NCBI GenBank assembly: GCA_965203515.1
Contig: OZ241907.1
Location: forward strand, 896,001-960,000
Length of the DNA stretch: 64,000 bases
Direction: 5' to 3'
Source of the DNA: Spirochaetia bacterium
Lineage (GTDB): Bacteria; Spirochaetota; Spirochaetia; SZUA-6; Bin103
The notes below the pieces were generated by a model. That model had not been told where the DNA came from and did no database searches. It saw nothing but the letters and a program-made list of their open reading frames with translations. The position numbers were made by a program, and so were the translations under genes. Positions 49,733-62,218 of this stretch are shown here, piece by piece. The stretch's first letter is position 1; the number at the start of each line of letters is the position of its first letter.

Positions 49733-51382
49733 TCATGTCGTCACGTCGGCGCGCAGCACCACCAGCCAGTCGTGGTAGAACGGCGGCTGCGGCAGCGCCC
49801 AGCGGCCATCGGCATCGCCGCGCACCTCGCCCAGGTCATGCGCCCGACCCGTCGACGGGTCGACCAGCTCCGCGCGGTACGCCCGGCCCGGTTCCAACTT
49901 GCACACCCTGACCGGCTGCATCACCTCGCACGGCACGTAGAGCACCCGCACCTGTCCCGTGATTCCGGCGGCATAGACCAGGTGGCGGTCCGTCGGGCCC
50001 TGCGCCGGCTCGGCCCACTCCGGGTGCGGCTTGAAGCGCCACCACTCGAAGCGCTCCAGGATGCGCTTGCCGACGCCGACCTGCGCAGCGCCGGGGAACG
50101 ACTTGGCCTGGTCCCAGGGACGGCCTCCCCAACTGGTGCCGTGCGGCGAGGCGCCGTACGGGCGGTCGGCGCGTTCCACCTGCCAGATGCCGTTGGCGCC
50201 GTAGCTGTAGCCGGCGGCTCCGACCAGCATCGTCGACCAGAACTGGAACCGCTGGATGTCGTCGCGGTTGGTGCCGCGGATCATCTCGTAATTGCCCTCG
50301 CTGTCGAGTACCGGCATGCGCGGCGCGGCTGCCAGCGCCCGTTCCATCATGTCGACCGCCTGCGCGGTCGCCGGGTAGCCGTTGTGGCCGGTCTGCAGCC
50401 AGTTCAGGTCGAGCGTGGCGGGATCGTCGACCTGTTCGGTGCCGACCCGGGTCGGGTGGATCGTCACCAGCCGGCCGTGGCCGTCGGTGCGTCTGACGTA
50501 GCGCGCCATGTCGGACCAGACGGCGCGGCGGCCGGCGGGCAGCCACGGCTCGCCGCGGAAGAACCGCCGCTTCATCTCCCGGGCGGCTTCGCTGGTGTAG
50601 AACGGCATGAGCGCCTCGCCGGCCACGCACCACGCGACCGGATACGCGCCCCAGCGGGCGATCAGATAGCGCCAGTGCGCCTTGAGCGTGTCCACGCCGG
50701 CAACGTCCAGGAAGTACCCCCAGAAGCCGACCACGCACGGCACCAGGCCGCTGCGCACCAGGTGGGCGATGCGCAGGTCGGCGGCGTCGAAGTAGCCCGG
50801 ATCGATCGTGGAGAAGTCCGCCGCCCACGGGAAGCCGCCGTCGCCGGCGCCGCGCTCGTCGAACGGCTCCATGTCGGGGTACAGCCCGGCTACGAGCTGG
50901 ACGACGTTGAACCCCTTGGCGGCCCGGTCGGCGGCCAGCTCGCGCACGTCGTCCGGCCACCGCAGCCGCCGGCAGAGTCCCATCCACCACGTATCCGCCA
51001 GCCACAGAAACGGGGTGCCGTCGGCGTGCTCCAGGCGGTGTCGATCGGCAGCCGCCCGGATCGGGCCATGGCGGAGCAGCGGGTTGGATTCGTCTTCGTC
51101 GACGGTGATCTCGAGCTCGCCGTCCAGTCCGTGCAGTCCGGCGTCGCCGGCATCGGAGCACCACGTGCGCCAGCGGTGCCGGCCCGGAGACGGCGACGCG
51201 TAGCGCGCCCGCCATGCGGAGCCGCCGGCCCAGAACGCGGGGATCACCCGATCCCGCCCGTTCGGTTCGGTGACGATCAGGTCGAGCGTGACGTCATTGA
51301 ACGGGTCGGCCCGCTCGACTGCCGCCCGGAAGCTCCATTCGGCGACGTGATTCGCCCGGCAGGTGCGTTGCTGCTGGTGCAT
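49733..51382 (-). CDS. DUF5060/DUF4038 glycoside hydrolase (apiosidase-like)
   Basis: DPFNDV, HADGTPFLWLADTWW, KGFNVVQ, QTGH, E.NYE, YGANGIW, DWLVVL. Confidence 0.8.
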   Translation of the reverse strand: MHQQQRTCRANHVAEWSFRAAVERADPFNDVTLDLIVTEPNGRDRVIPAFWAGGSAWRARYASPSPGRHRWRTWCSDAGDAGLHGLDGELEITVDEDESNPLLRHGPIRAAADRHRLEHADGTPFLWLADTWWMGLCRRLRWPDDVRELAADRAAKGFNVVQLVAGLYPDMEPFDERGAGDGGFPWAADFSTIDPGYFDAADLRIAHLVRSGLVPCVVGFWGYFLDVAGVDTLKAHWRYLIARWGAYPVAWCVAGEALMPFYTSEAAREMKRRFFRGEPWLPAGRRAVWSDMARYVRRTDGHGRLVTIHPTRVGTEQVDDPATLDLNWLQTGHNGYPATAQAVDMMERALAAAPRMPVLDSEGNYEMIRGTNRDDIQRFQFWSTMLVGAAGYSYGANGIWQVERADRPYGASPHGTSWGGRPWDQAKSFPGAAQVGVGKRILERFEWWRFKPHPEWAEPAQGPTDRHLVYAAGITGQVRVLYVPCEVMQPVRVCKLEPGRAYRAELVDPSTGRAHDLGEVRGDADGRWALPQPPFYHDWLVVLRADVTT

Positions 51383-51450
51383 GCCGGCCAGTATAGCCGG
51401 CCTTCCAACGCCGCGGCGCGAGGGAGTACCCTGGTCGGCGCTGATCCTCC

Positions 51451-52167
51451 ATGGAACTGTGCAAGCGGCTGCTGCTCACCGGCGGCGCGACCGGCATCGG
51501 CCGCGCCATCGCCGTCGCGTGCGCGCCGCCTGCGGCGGTGGTCGTCGCCGACGTCAACGCCGCGGATGCGGAGCGAACGGTTGCGGCGGTTGCCGCCGCC
51601 GGCGGTACCGCCCGGTTCGTCCGCTGCGACGTGACGAGCGAGGCGGAGGTGCGCGGCCTGGTGGCCGCCGCCGAGGGGTTGATGGGCGGCATCGACGGTC
51701 TGGTCGCCGCCGCCGGCGTCCTGCAGGCGGCGGCGGTGCCGGTCGAACGGATCGATCCGGCGGACTGGACGCGTACCCTGGAGGTGAACGTGTACGGCTC
51801 CTTCTACTGCGTCAAGCACGCGCTGCCGGCGTTGCGTCGGTCCGCCGCGGGGGTGGCGATCCTGGTAGGATCCCCGGCCGGGATCCTCTCCGGCAGCTCG
51901 TCGGTGCCCTACGCCGCCAGCAAGGGCGGCGTCTACGGGCTTTCGAAGGCGCTTGCGCCGCGGCTGGAGGCGGACGGCATCCGGCTCAACCTGCTGATGC
52001 CGGGCAGCGTCGACACGCCGCTCAAGCGCCGTGCGGAGGAGGCCATGGACGCGAGCGGCTCGCCGCGCAATCCCGTGCTGGCGGAGCCGGCCGGCGTGGC
52101 CAAGGTGGTGCGGTTCCTGCTGTCCGACGAAGCGGCCTACGTCCGCGGGGCGGTATTCACCCGCTGA
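51451..52167 (+). CDS. short-chain dehydrogenase/reductase
   Basis: TGGATGIG, YAASK, PG.VDTP. Confidence 0.88.
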   Translation: MELCKRLLLTGGATGIGRAIAVACAPPAAVVVADVNAADAERTVAAVAAAGGTARFVRCDVTSEAEVRGLVAAAEGLMGGIDGLVAAAGVLQAAAVPVERIDPADWTRTLEVNVYGSFYCVKHALPALRRSAAGVAILVGSPAGILSGSSSVPYAASKGGVYGLSKALAPRLEADGIRLNLLMPGSVDTPLKRRAEEAMDASGSPRNPVLAEPAGVAKVVRFLLSDEAAYVRGAVFTR

Positions 52168-52211
52168 CCGGCGCGGCGCCGGACCGGTCGGTCGGACCTG
52201 ACGGTACCGAC

Positions 52212-52883
52212 CTACATGTAGGGAATGATGGCGGTGGCGAGCGAGGTCTCGATCTCCCAGATCGCGTTGGAGACCGCCTGACCGATCAGGTCGAGCTTGC
52301 GCACCTGCTGGATGCGTTCGGAAGCGCGCTCCAACTCTCGCGGAGACAACAGCTTCTCGAAGATGCGGCAGGAGTTGGCCAGACAGATGATGACCACGTC
52401 GCGCGGCTCGGGAATATCGTCGCTGAACAGAACGCCCATGATCCGTTGCTTCACTTCGCGCTCGGCCTTGCCGCCGATCATGGGATAGCGCCGCGATCGG
52501 AACACCCACAGGAACCGGTCTTCCCGGCGCTCCAGAATCCCGCGTTCCACGAGCCGGTCCAGCGCGCACTCGCGGATTTCGTCGGCCAGGTCGCCGATCC
52601 GCTCGACCCAGTAGCGGGCGTCGTGGCGATCCCCGGCATGCTCGATGGCAGCGAGCGTCGGGTCGAACATCGGATCCTGCAATGGGGTGGCATCCAGCAG
52701 GACGAGCTGATGCAGGTCGGTGTCGATCCGGTTGAGCAGCGCCAGGTCCATGAGCACGGCGCCGGCCAGGGCATACCGCGTCGAGGCGACGGGGAGGTGC
52801 TCGAACCGTCCACTTTCGTCGTCCAGGAGGAGCAGCATGATCTCCTCGGCGAAGCTCAGCGACCCGGATTGTTCTTGCGTCAT
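52212..52883 (-). CDS. GPP34/GOLPH3-family protein
   Basis: LSFAEEIMLLLLDD..G, LAGAVLMDLAL, LVERGIL, FLWVF...RYP. Confidence 0.8.
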   Translation of the reverse strand: MTQEQSGSLSFAEEIMLLLLDDESGRFEHLPVASTRYALAGAVLMDLALLNRIDTDLHQLVLLDATPLQDPMFDPTLAAIEHAGDRHDARYWVERIGDLADEIRECALDRLVERGILERREDRFLWVFRSRRYPMIGGKAEREVKQRIMGVLFSDDIPEPRDVVIICLANSCRIFEKLLSPRELERASERIQQVRKLDLIGQAVSNAIWEIETSLATAIIPYM

Positions 52884-53003
52884 GTCCGATCCATCGCGGA
52901 AGGTACGGCACCATAGCACAAAGACCGCCGGCGAACCATCATTCACCCGTCCCGTCGCCGGTGCGTGCGGCAACGCCGTGAAGCGTAGTATACCCTTGTC
53001 GAG

Positions 53004-53861
53004 ATGCTGTTGGGCGCCGCGGACTACCACAAGGGCGACTTTCGGACCCTGACCGACCGGACCGCCGCCGGCGCGGCGGCGCTGGGGCTGCGGGCGCTGA
53101 ACGCCCGCACGGACGATCCGTATTCGGTGACCCGGGCGGAGGCCGCCCGCTTCAGGGAGACGTTGGAGCGCCGCGGCCTGGCGGCCGGGCAGACGGCCGG
53201 CAACTACGGCGGCGGCCTGGTGAGCGAGGACGGCGCCGAGCGGGAGCGGGCGGTGCGGTTCGTCCAGGAGATGTGCCGGCTGACGCAGCTCCTCGGGGCG
53301 CCCACCACCTATCTGCGTCCGGGCAGCCTGAACCGGCGCGGCGCCTGGCTGCCGCATCCCCGCAACCGCTCGCCGGCGGTGTTCGACCGCCTGGTCGACA
53401 GCGCCAGGCGAGTCTGCTCCGCGGCGGAGGGTGAGGGGGTGCTGGTGGCGGTCGAGGGTGGGGTCGTATCGCCGCTCTACTCGCCGGCGAGGATCGAGGC
53501 GTTCATCGCCGCGGTCGACTCACCGGCGCTGGGCTTCAATCAGGATCCGGTCAACCTGATCGGCAGCCTGGAGCAGGCATACGACACCGGCGCGCTGATC
53601 GCCGACAGCTTCGACCGGCTGGGGCGCCGGACGGTGAGCGCGCACGTCAAGGACTTCACCCTGGTAGAAGCGTTGCTGCCGCACTTCGAGGAGGCGGAGA
53701 TCGGCGCCGGCATGCTGGACCAGGCGGCCTATCTGACCCGGCTGCAGGCGGTCCGCCCCGGCGTGCACGCGTATATCGAACACCTTGCCACCGAGCGCTT
53801 CGCCGCTGCCGTGGCGGCCGTGACCGCGATCTCACGATCGGCAGGCGTCGAGTGGGACTGA
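53004..53861 (+). CDS. sugar phosphate isomerase/epimerase (xylose isomerase-like TIM barrel)
   Basis: AVE, DPVN, AHVKD, G.G.LD, IEH. Confidence 0.8.
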   Translation: MLLGAADYHKGDFRTLTDRTAAGAAALGLRALNARTDDPYSVTRAEAARFRETLERRGLAAGQTAGNYGGGLVSEDGAERERAVRFVQEMCRLTQLLGAPTTYLRPGSLNRRGAWLPHPRNRSPAVFDRLVDSARRVCSAAEGEGVLVAVEGGVVSPLYSPARIEAFIAAVDSPALGFNQDPVNLIGSLEQAYDTGALIADSFDRLGRRTVSAHVKDFTLVEALLPHFEEAEIGAGMLDQAAYLTRLQAVRPGVHAYIEHLATERFAAAVAAVTAISRSAGVEWD

Positions 53862-53898
53862 TCCGGGACTGACGCAGAAGGCGGGCCGGGTCCGCTCG

Positions 53899-54246
53899 TC
53901 AGATCAGCTTATCCAGGGCGACGATGATCGCCACCGCCGCGCCGATTCCCGCTCCGAACCGCACGGTCATCTGATGCCGCAGCTTGTGCATCTCGCCGAG
54001 CAGTGACGCCTCATTCTTGCCCATGTCGCCCCGCAACCGGGTCTCCATCTTCTCCATGTCGCTGCGCAGCCCGACTTCCATCTGCTCCATGTCGCTGCGC
54101 AGCGCAGCCACGTCGGCCTTGGTGGCCAGGCTCTCCAGGATGCCGTCGGCAAACGTCGCTACCAGCGTCGTGGCCTGCCTCTTGCTGAAGCCCGCCTCCT
54201 CGCGCAGCCGCGTAGCTGCCTTGAGCGTGTCGAAGGTCACCGCCAT
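53899..54246 (-). CDS. DUF1640/CCDC90-like coiled-coil protein
   Basis: FDTLK...L..AGF...QA, LATKAD, 11-aa LR.DM repeats and a C-terminal TM helix. Confidence 0.75.
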   Translation of the reverse strand: MAVTFDTLKAATRLREEAGFSKRQATTLVATFADGILESLATKADVAALRSDMEQMEVGLRSDMEKMETRLRGDMGKNEASLLGEMHKLRHQMTVRFGAGIGAAVAIIVALDKLI

Positions 54247-54381
54247 GGACTCCTCTCCTTGCTATGCTATCAGATCACGCCGGCCGTGAGAACGCGTGTC
54301 TCCGGGGGCGCGGTTACCCTCTCTACCCGCAGCTTGGCAGCGGCGCTTCAAATCGCCCCCGGCCGGTCCGCCGGGCAGGGA

Positions 54382-55413
54382 TCAGTCCGGCTCGATCCAG
54401 GTTCCCCGGCGGTCCTTGCTGCGCAGGCCCGCGAGCAGGATGCCGATCACGTTGCGGGTGACCGCGAACGGCAGGCGGGACTCGCCTTCGGTGACCGAGC
54501 GGATGAACTGCTGCAGCAAGCCGCGGTGGGCGGCGAACAGCCCGTCCAGCATCGCGGAACGGAAGCCGCCCTCGCCGTGCAGGTGCAAGTGCATCGTCGG
54601 GGCGGCGTTGCGGAGCTGGTGAATCGTCGCGATGGCGCCGCCGTCGAACTCGATCTCCACCACCTCGCCGTACCGGAACGCGCCGTGGCGGACGCGCAGC
54701 GCCGGCCGGTCGTCGAGCACCGTGCAGATCGCCTCCAGCGCGTGCACGCCGTAGCTCACCCAGTCCTTGACGCCGACCGCGACCGCCAGGCGCACGGGCC
54801 CCAGCGTCGCCGCCTCTTCCTTGAGCACGCGCACCTCGGCGGCGTAGCGCATCGACGAGCTCGACATGATCAGCCGGCCCGCGCGTTCCTGCTCGACGAA
54901 GAAGGCCAGGTCGGCCTCCGTGGCGGCCAGGGGCTTGTCGATCAACACCGGCATTCCCGCATCGAGAAACGGCTGCGCCAGCGCCGCGTGACTCTCCGGG
55001 TCATCGCGTGCGATCAGCACCGCGTCGACCGCGCCGACCATCGACCGCGGCTCGGCGGCGATGTGGGAGACGTGACTGGCCGCGACGATCCGCTCGGATA
55101 TCACCCGGTCCTGCGTCCAGACGTGGGTCACCTGGGCGCCTTCGATGCCTATGGAATCGCTGTTGGCGGCCAGGTAGGCCGCGATCCGCTGGTTTGCGTA
55201 GAGCGGCATCAGGTTCGCGTCGTAGGAACCGTTGACGATCGCCGACCATGAGAAGGGGTGGGCGTTGTCGGGGCTCATGTAGCCGATGACGCCGAGCCGG
55301 ATCTTCGAAGGGGCCGAGCTGGGCGTCGATGACGCCGGTGATTGCCCGGCCGCCGGGGGCCCGCCGGCGGCATCGCGTCTGTTCGGGCTCGCGTCGTGCG
55401 GGGCTGGTCTCAT
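54382..55413 (-). CDS. Gfo/Idh/MocA-like oxidoreductase
   Basis: HPFSWSAI.NG, IDKPLA, SSSMRYA, YGVH; start uncertain. Confidence 0.72.
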   Translation of the reverse strand: MRPAPHDASPNRRDAAGGPPAAGQSPASSTPSSAPSKIRLGVIGYMSPDNAHPFSWSAIVNGSYDANLMPLYANQRIAAYLAANSDSIGIEGAQVTHVWTQDRVISERIVAASHVSHIAAEPRSMVGAVDAVLIARDDPESHAALAQPFLDAGMPVLIDKPLAATEADLAFFVEQERAGRLIMSSSSMRYAAEVRVLKEEAATLGPVRLAVAVGVKDWVSYGVHALEAICTVLDDRPALRVRHGAFRYGEVVEIEFDGGAIATIHQLRNAAPTMHLHLHGEGGFRSAMLDGLFAAHRGLLQQFIRSVTEGESRLPFAVTRNVIGILLAGLRSKDRRGTWIEPD

Positions 55414-55475
55414 CGAGTGGAACGAGTATACGTGCGTGGCTCGATCGGGACCGCAGCGCTACCGTGCACCGAGGC

Positions 55476-56628
55476 TCAGGCTCGGTTGCCCGATCCCCAG
55501 GCCGAGGTGATCGGCTCGCCTTCCGCGAAGCGGGCAGGCCGCAGGGCGTGCAGGTCGATGCGCGGCGCCGCGCCGGTGATGACGGCGGCCAGCGACTCGC
55601 CGATCGGGGCGCCGAGCTTGAAGCCGTGGCCGCTGCCGCCGAAGCAGGCGTAGTATCCGGCCAGCTCCGGCTCCGCCCCCACTACCGGGTGCCAGTCGTC
55701 GGTGATGGTGTAGATCGATGCCCAACCCTTCACCGGCCGCGCGCCGCGCAGCGCCGGCAGCCGCTGAAACAGCCCGGCCTCGATCCGCGCGCGGGTGGCA
55801 TCGTCCAGCGCCGGATCGTAGTCGTCGATATCGAGCGGTTCCAGCTCCTTCGGATAGTCGAGGCCGGCCAGCACCCCGTCATCTCCGTGCGGGCGGAGAT
55901 AGATGTGGCAGATCGGGTCGGCCACGATCGGCAACGCGCCAAAGCCGGCCGGCCGCTCCACGACCAGATCCGACTCGCGGCTCCAGCGGATCGAGTAGCC
56001 GAGTCCGGCTGCCGACCCGAGTCGTCCGCCCCACGGTCCGGCGGCATTGACCACCAGCGGCGTGTCGATGCGCCCCTGATCGGTCTCCACGCCGGTGACG
56101 CGTCCGCCGGCCGCGGCGATGCCGCGCGCGCCCACCCCCTGGTGCGCACGGAGCCCGTACCGCTCCGCCGCTTCGACCAGCGTGCGGGTGGTGCGGACCG
56201 GATCGGCGTAGCCGGCTCTGGGCTGATGGCAGGCCATGGCGATCCCGTGCGGCGAGAGCTGCGGCGCGATCTCCGTCACGTCGTCGATCGAGATCTCGCG
56301 CGTGCCGGTGCCGTGGCGGTTCTCGTTCGCCAGCACCTGCCGGCCGATCTCCGCGTGCTCCGGTCCGTACAGGATGAGCTGGCCCGTGCGGCGGAAGCCG
56401 GTCGGGCCGCCCAGCTCCTCCCGGTCGTTCTCGAACATCTCCATCGCCCGCAGCGCCAACTGCACGGTCACCGCGTTGGAGTACGAGCAGCGCACGTTGG
56501 CCGCCGAGTGGCCGGTGCTGACCGCGGCCAGCGTCCGCCGCTCCAGCAGCGCCACCGAGCCGACGCCGGCCTTGGCCAGGAAGTGGCCGCAGCTCGCGCC
56601 CATGATACCGCCGCCGATGATCACCGCG

Positions 56629-56645
<17 letters not shown>
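55476..56645 (-). CDS. FAD-dependent oxidoreductase (DAO/sarcosine oxidase beta-like)
   Basis: [29 protein letters not shown]. Confidence 0.88.
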
Positions 56646-58319
<1,674 letters not shown>

Positions 58320-58320
<1 letters not shown>

Positions 58321-59144
58321 CAGGGCGTCAGGAACCCGTGCCGGTCCAGAATCGCCCGGCCCTCCGGCGAGAGCACGAAGGAGACCCAGCGCTCCGCCCA
58401 ACCGGCGCCGCGGCCGGCCGGCGTGCGGGAGCCGCCGCCCGTGACGATGCCGATGACGTACTCCGCTCGCACGTTGAGGCCGGTCGGGATGGGAATCGTC
58501 CGCACGCGGGCGGAGGCCGCCGCGTCGGTCCGGTAGACGATGGCGGCGTCCGCCTCGCCGATCTCCACCTTGGCGCGGACCAGCCGCGCGTTGTTCTCCA
58601 GGGAGACCACGCGGGCCAGCACCGCCGCTTCGAAGTCCGTACCTAGCGCCGCTGCGGCTCGGCTCAGCGCCGCGCGGGCGTAGCGGCCGACCGGGACCGC
58701 CTCGGTGCCGATGACCAGCCGCTCGGCGGCGGTCAGCCCGCGGTACGACTCGATGCCGGCCGGGTTGTCGAGCGGGACGATCACCGCCAGCTCGTTGGCT
58801 GCGAAGGGCCGGGCGCCGCGCAGCAGGCGCGCGTCGATCAGCGCCCGCGTATGGTCGTGGGTGGCCGACGCGAACACGTCGGCCGGCGCCCCCTGCTCGA
58901 TCTGCAGGCGCAGCACCTGACTGCCGGCGAAGACGAGCGCCGCGTCGACGCCATCGTAGGCAGCCTCGAACGCCTGCTCGATCTCCGTGAAGGCGGCGGT
59001 GAGGGAGGAGGCGGCGTACACGCGCAGTACGTGCGGCTCGGTGGCGCCGCTCGTGCATGCGGCGGCCAGCAGGAGCATTGCGAGGAGCACTGCGAGCTGC
59101 CCCGCGGCGGCGCGGAGCGGTGCTATGATCGGGGCGCGGCGCAC
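58320..59144 (-). CDS. modA: molybdate ABC substrate-binding protein
   Basis: [42 protein letters not shown]; start uncertain. Confidence 0.88.
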
Positions 59145-59246
59145 CGGTACCGCCGCTTCCGTCGATCGGCTGCTCACGATGCAGCGGCTAGCCGGACGCC
59201 GGGAGCGCTCGATGACGCCGGGCGCGGCGTCGGAACCGTGAACACC

Positions 59247-60917
59247 ATGCATACCTTACCGGAGGCTCGCTTCGGGGCGCAGGGTCCCGGCACGTCAGGG
59301 CGCGTAGTCGTTCGTCTGCTCACGGCGCTACTTGGCCTGCTCGCCTTCGTCGCGCCGATTCCGGCGGAGACGCCGACGGATACCCTGGTGATCGCCAAGG
59401 ACATCGGCGACGTCATCACGCTGGATCCGGCGGAGGCGTTCGAGATCACGACCGGCGAGGTACTGGCCAACGTCTACGAGCGGATCATGACGTTCGAGCC
59501 GGAGCGGCCGGGCGAGCTGACCGGAGGCGTGGCGGAGAGCTACGCGGTGAGCGAGGACGGCCGGTCGATCACGTTCCGGATTCGCGACGGCCTGACGTTT
59601 CATTCCGGCAACCCGGTGCGGCCGGAGGACGTCGAGTTCTCGCTGGAGCGGGTCGTGCGCCTCGACGGGTCGCCGGCCTTCATCGTCACGCAGTTCGGCT
59701 GGAACGCCGACAACGTCGGCTCCCTGATCGAAGTCGTCGACGGCCGCCGCGTCCGCATCACCATCCTCGAACCGCTGTCGCCGGTACTGGTGCTGCACGC
59801 GCTCTCGGCCGGCCTGGCCGCCGTAGTCGACCGGAACCTGGTCCTGGAGCACGAGCGGGACGGCGACCTGGGGGCTGCGTGGCTGCGGACGAACAGCGCC
59901 GGCTCCGGTCCCTTCCGGCTGGAACGCTGGCAGCCCGACGAGTCGGTGTCCCTGGCAGCCAATGCCGACTACCGGCTCGGCGCGCCGGGCGTAGGCCGCG
60001 CCGTCCTGCGCCACGTGCCGGAGCCGTCCGAGCAGCGGCTGCTGCTGGAGCGGGGCGACGTCGACGTCGCCCGCGGCCTCACGCCCGACCTGATCGCCGC
60101 ACTCGCCGGCAATGCCGGCGTCGCGGTCGACGACGTTCCCAAAGGCGCGATCGTCTACCTGGCGGCGAATGCCTCGCATCCGATCCTGGGCCAGGATCGC
60201 GTCGTGCAGGCGCTGCGTCACGCGGTCGACTACCACGGCATGGCGGACTCCTTCCTGGCCGGCCAGTTCATGGTCCATCAGGCGTTCTGGCCTCGCGGTC
60301 TGTGGGCGGCGTATACCGAAACGCCGTATCGGTTCGACCCGGAGCGGGCCAGGTCGTTGCTCGCGCAGGCCGGCTACGGCGACGGATTCGCCGTGCGTCT
60401 CGACACGCTCGCCGCCCCACCGTACCCGCGCATCGCCGACGCGGTGCGGGAGACCTTCGCGCAGGTCGGCATCGAGGCGCAGGTCGTCACCCATGAAGGG
60501 GCAGCGCTCTGGCCGATGTACCGCGCTCGCGGCCACGAGTTGATCCTGGTTCCCTGGTCGCCCGATTACGTCGACCCGCACGCCAACGCCGACGCCTTCG
60601 CGCGCAACCCGGACAACCGCCCGGAGGCGGGGCTCACCGGGGTGCCGGCATGGCGCAACGCATGGGCGCGGGACGATGTCAATGCGGCGGTGGTCCGGGC
60701 GCGGGACGAGCGCGATCCGGCCCGGCGCGCGCAGCTCTACCGCGACCTGCAACGGCGCCTGCAGGTCGCCGGGCCGTACGTCTTCATGTTCCAGCAGACC
60801 GAACAGATCGCGCGGCGCAGCGGCGTCACCGGGTTCGCGTCCGGGTACAACTTCGATCACGTCTGGTATCGCACCGTTTCCAAGCGGCCTGCCGCGCCTC
60901 ACGGAAATCCCGGATAA
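59247..60917 (+). CDS. peptide/nickel ABC substrate-binding protein (family 5)
   Basis: TLDPA, FHSGNPV..EDV.FSL.R, AGSGPF, WSPDY.DPH; start uncertain. Confidence 0.85.
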   Translation: MHTLPEARFGAQGPGTSGRVVVRLLTALLGLLAFVAPIPAETPTDTLVIAKDIGDVITLDPAEAFEITTGEVLANVYERIMTFEPERPGELTGGVAESYAVSEDGRSITFRIRDGLTFHSGNPVRPEDVEFSLERVVRLDGSPAFIVTQFGWNADNVGSLIEVVDGRRVRITILEPLSPVLVLHALSAGLAAVVDRNLVLEHERDGDLGAAWLRTNSAGSGPFRLERWQPDESVSLAANADYRLGAPGVGRAVLRHVPEPSEQRLLLERGDVDVARGLTPDLIAALAGNAGVAVDDVPKGAIVYLAANASHPILGQDRVVQALRHAVDYHGMADSFLAGQFMVHQAFWPRGLWAAYTETPYRFDPERARSLLAQAGYGDGFAVRLDTLAAPPYPRIADAVRETFAQVGIEAQVVTHEGAALWPMYRARGHELILVPWSPDYVDPHANADAFARNPDNRPEAGLTGVPAWRNAWARDDVNAAVVRARDERDPARRAQLYRDLQRRLQVAGPYVFMFQQTEQIARRSGVTGFASGYNFDHVWYRTVSKRPAAPHGNPG

Positions 60918-61023
60918 GTCATCCTGTCGGGCGGGTGCCGCATCGACGCCTGACGCGCGCCGCGGTCGGCGACGCGGGTATCCCGGTTCTGCTATCCTGT
61001 GGCGAGGTCAGTGGAGCAGACCT

Positions 61024-61335
61024 GTGCCGGTATACGTGTATCGCTGCAGCGCGTGTGAGCGGGTGTTCGAGAAGCTGCTGTTCGGCGCCGCGTCCTCGGA
61101 AGCGGCGCGGACGAGCTGTCCGGCCTGCGGCGCCGCGGCGCCGCGCGATTACTCCACCCACACCTTCGCCTCGCCGAGCATCGGCGCCAGCGGCGAGTTG
61201 GCCGAGGACGCAGAACCGTACAAGGCGATGCACTATCACGAGAAGCGGGGCGAGTGGGAACAGGCGGCCAAGGCTGCCGAAGGCGTGAGCGAGTTCGCCA
61301 AGCGGAAGTTCATTCAGAAGGCCGAGCAGGACTGA
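61024..61335 (+). CDS. FmdB-like zinc-ribbon protein
   Basis: MPVYVYRCSAC...F...CPACG. Confidence 0.75.
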   Translation: MPVYVYRCSACERVFEKLLFGAASSEAARTSCPACGAAAPRDYSTHTFASPSIGASGELAEDAEPYKAMHYHEKRGEWEQAAKAAEGVSEFAKRKFIQKAEQD

Positions 61336-61343
61336 CCGGACGA

Positions 61344-62192
61344 GTGGTGGGCGAGCATACGATCAGGCTGGGGTACAGCACGTACGGCATGCGCGAGCTC
61401 GAACTGTACGGGGCGCTGCCGCGGCTGCGCGCGATCGGGTACCGGGCGGTGGAGATCATGGGCGCGGCGGGCTGGGCCACCGCTCCGGCCATGATGGACC
61501 GGGAGGGCCGCGCGCGGCTGGCCGGCACGATCCGCGACCTGGGTCTCGACCTGTCGGCGGTGATGGCGATGATGCCGATCTGCGAGGAGGGCGAGCGCCG
61601 GCGCGCGGTGCTCGAGGAGTTCCGCGCCGTCTGCGGACTGGCCCGTGATCTCTGCCCGGACGCGGGGCCGGCGGTGGTCAGCTCGCCGCTCGGCGGCCGG
61701 CAGCCGCCGTGGCGGGAAGGGCGCGAGCGGATCGCCGCCGACCTGGTCGAGTTCGCCGACGTGGCGCGCGAGCACGGCGTGGTCCTCGCGGCCGAGCCGC
61801 ACGTCGGCAGCGCCCTCGATACGCCGGAGAAGGCGGTGTGGCTGATGGAGCGGACCGATCATCCGTCGCTGCGGCTCAACTTCGACGTCAGCCACTTCCA
61901 CGTGCAGGGGATGGAGCTCCGGCATTGCGTCGATCTCTGCCTGCCGCACGCCGCGCACGTCCACGTCAAGGACGGCTATCGCGACGACGGCGGTACGGTG
62001 GTCTTCCAGCTTCCGGGCGAGGGGAGCCTCGACCTGCGTGCGTACTTCCGCCTGCTCGTCGAGCGCGGCTCCGCCATCCCGGTCACCGCCGAGGTGAGCG
62101 CCATGATCTGGAAGCGGTCCGATTACGATCCGTGGGCGGCGGCGGAACGCTCGTATGCCGCGCTGGCCGAAGCCAGGGACGCGGCCGCGTGA
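61344..62192 (+). CDS. sugar phosphate isomerase/epimerase (TIM barrel)
   Basis: AAEPH, NFDVSHF, HVHVKD, LPGEG, AEVS. Confidence 0.82.
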   Translation: MVGEHTIRLGYSTYGMRELELYGALPRLRAIGYRAVEIMGAAGWATAPAMMDREGRARLAGTIRDLGLDLSAVMAMMPICEEGERRRAVLEEFRAVCGLARDLCPDAGPAVVSSPLGGRQPPWREGRERIAADLVEFADVAREHGVVLAAEPHVGSALDTPEKAVWLMERTDHPSLRLNFDVSHFHVQGMELRHCVDLCLPHAAHVHVKDGYRDDGGTVVFQLPGEGSLDLRAYFRLLVERGSAIPVTAEVSAMIWKRSDYDPWAAAERSYAALAEARDAAA

Positions 62193-62218
62193 CGGGCGGC
62201 GGCCGGGCGGCCGGCCGG

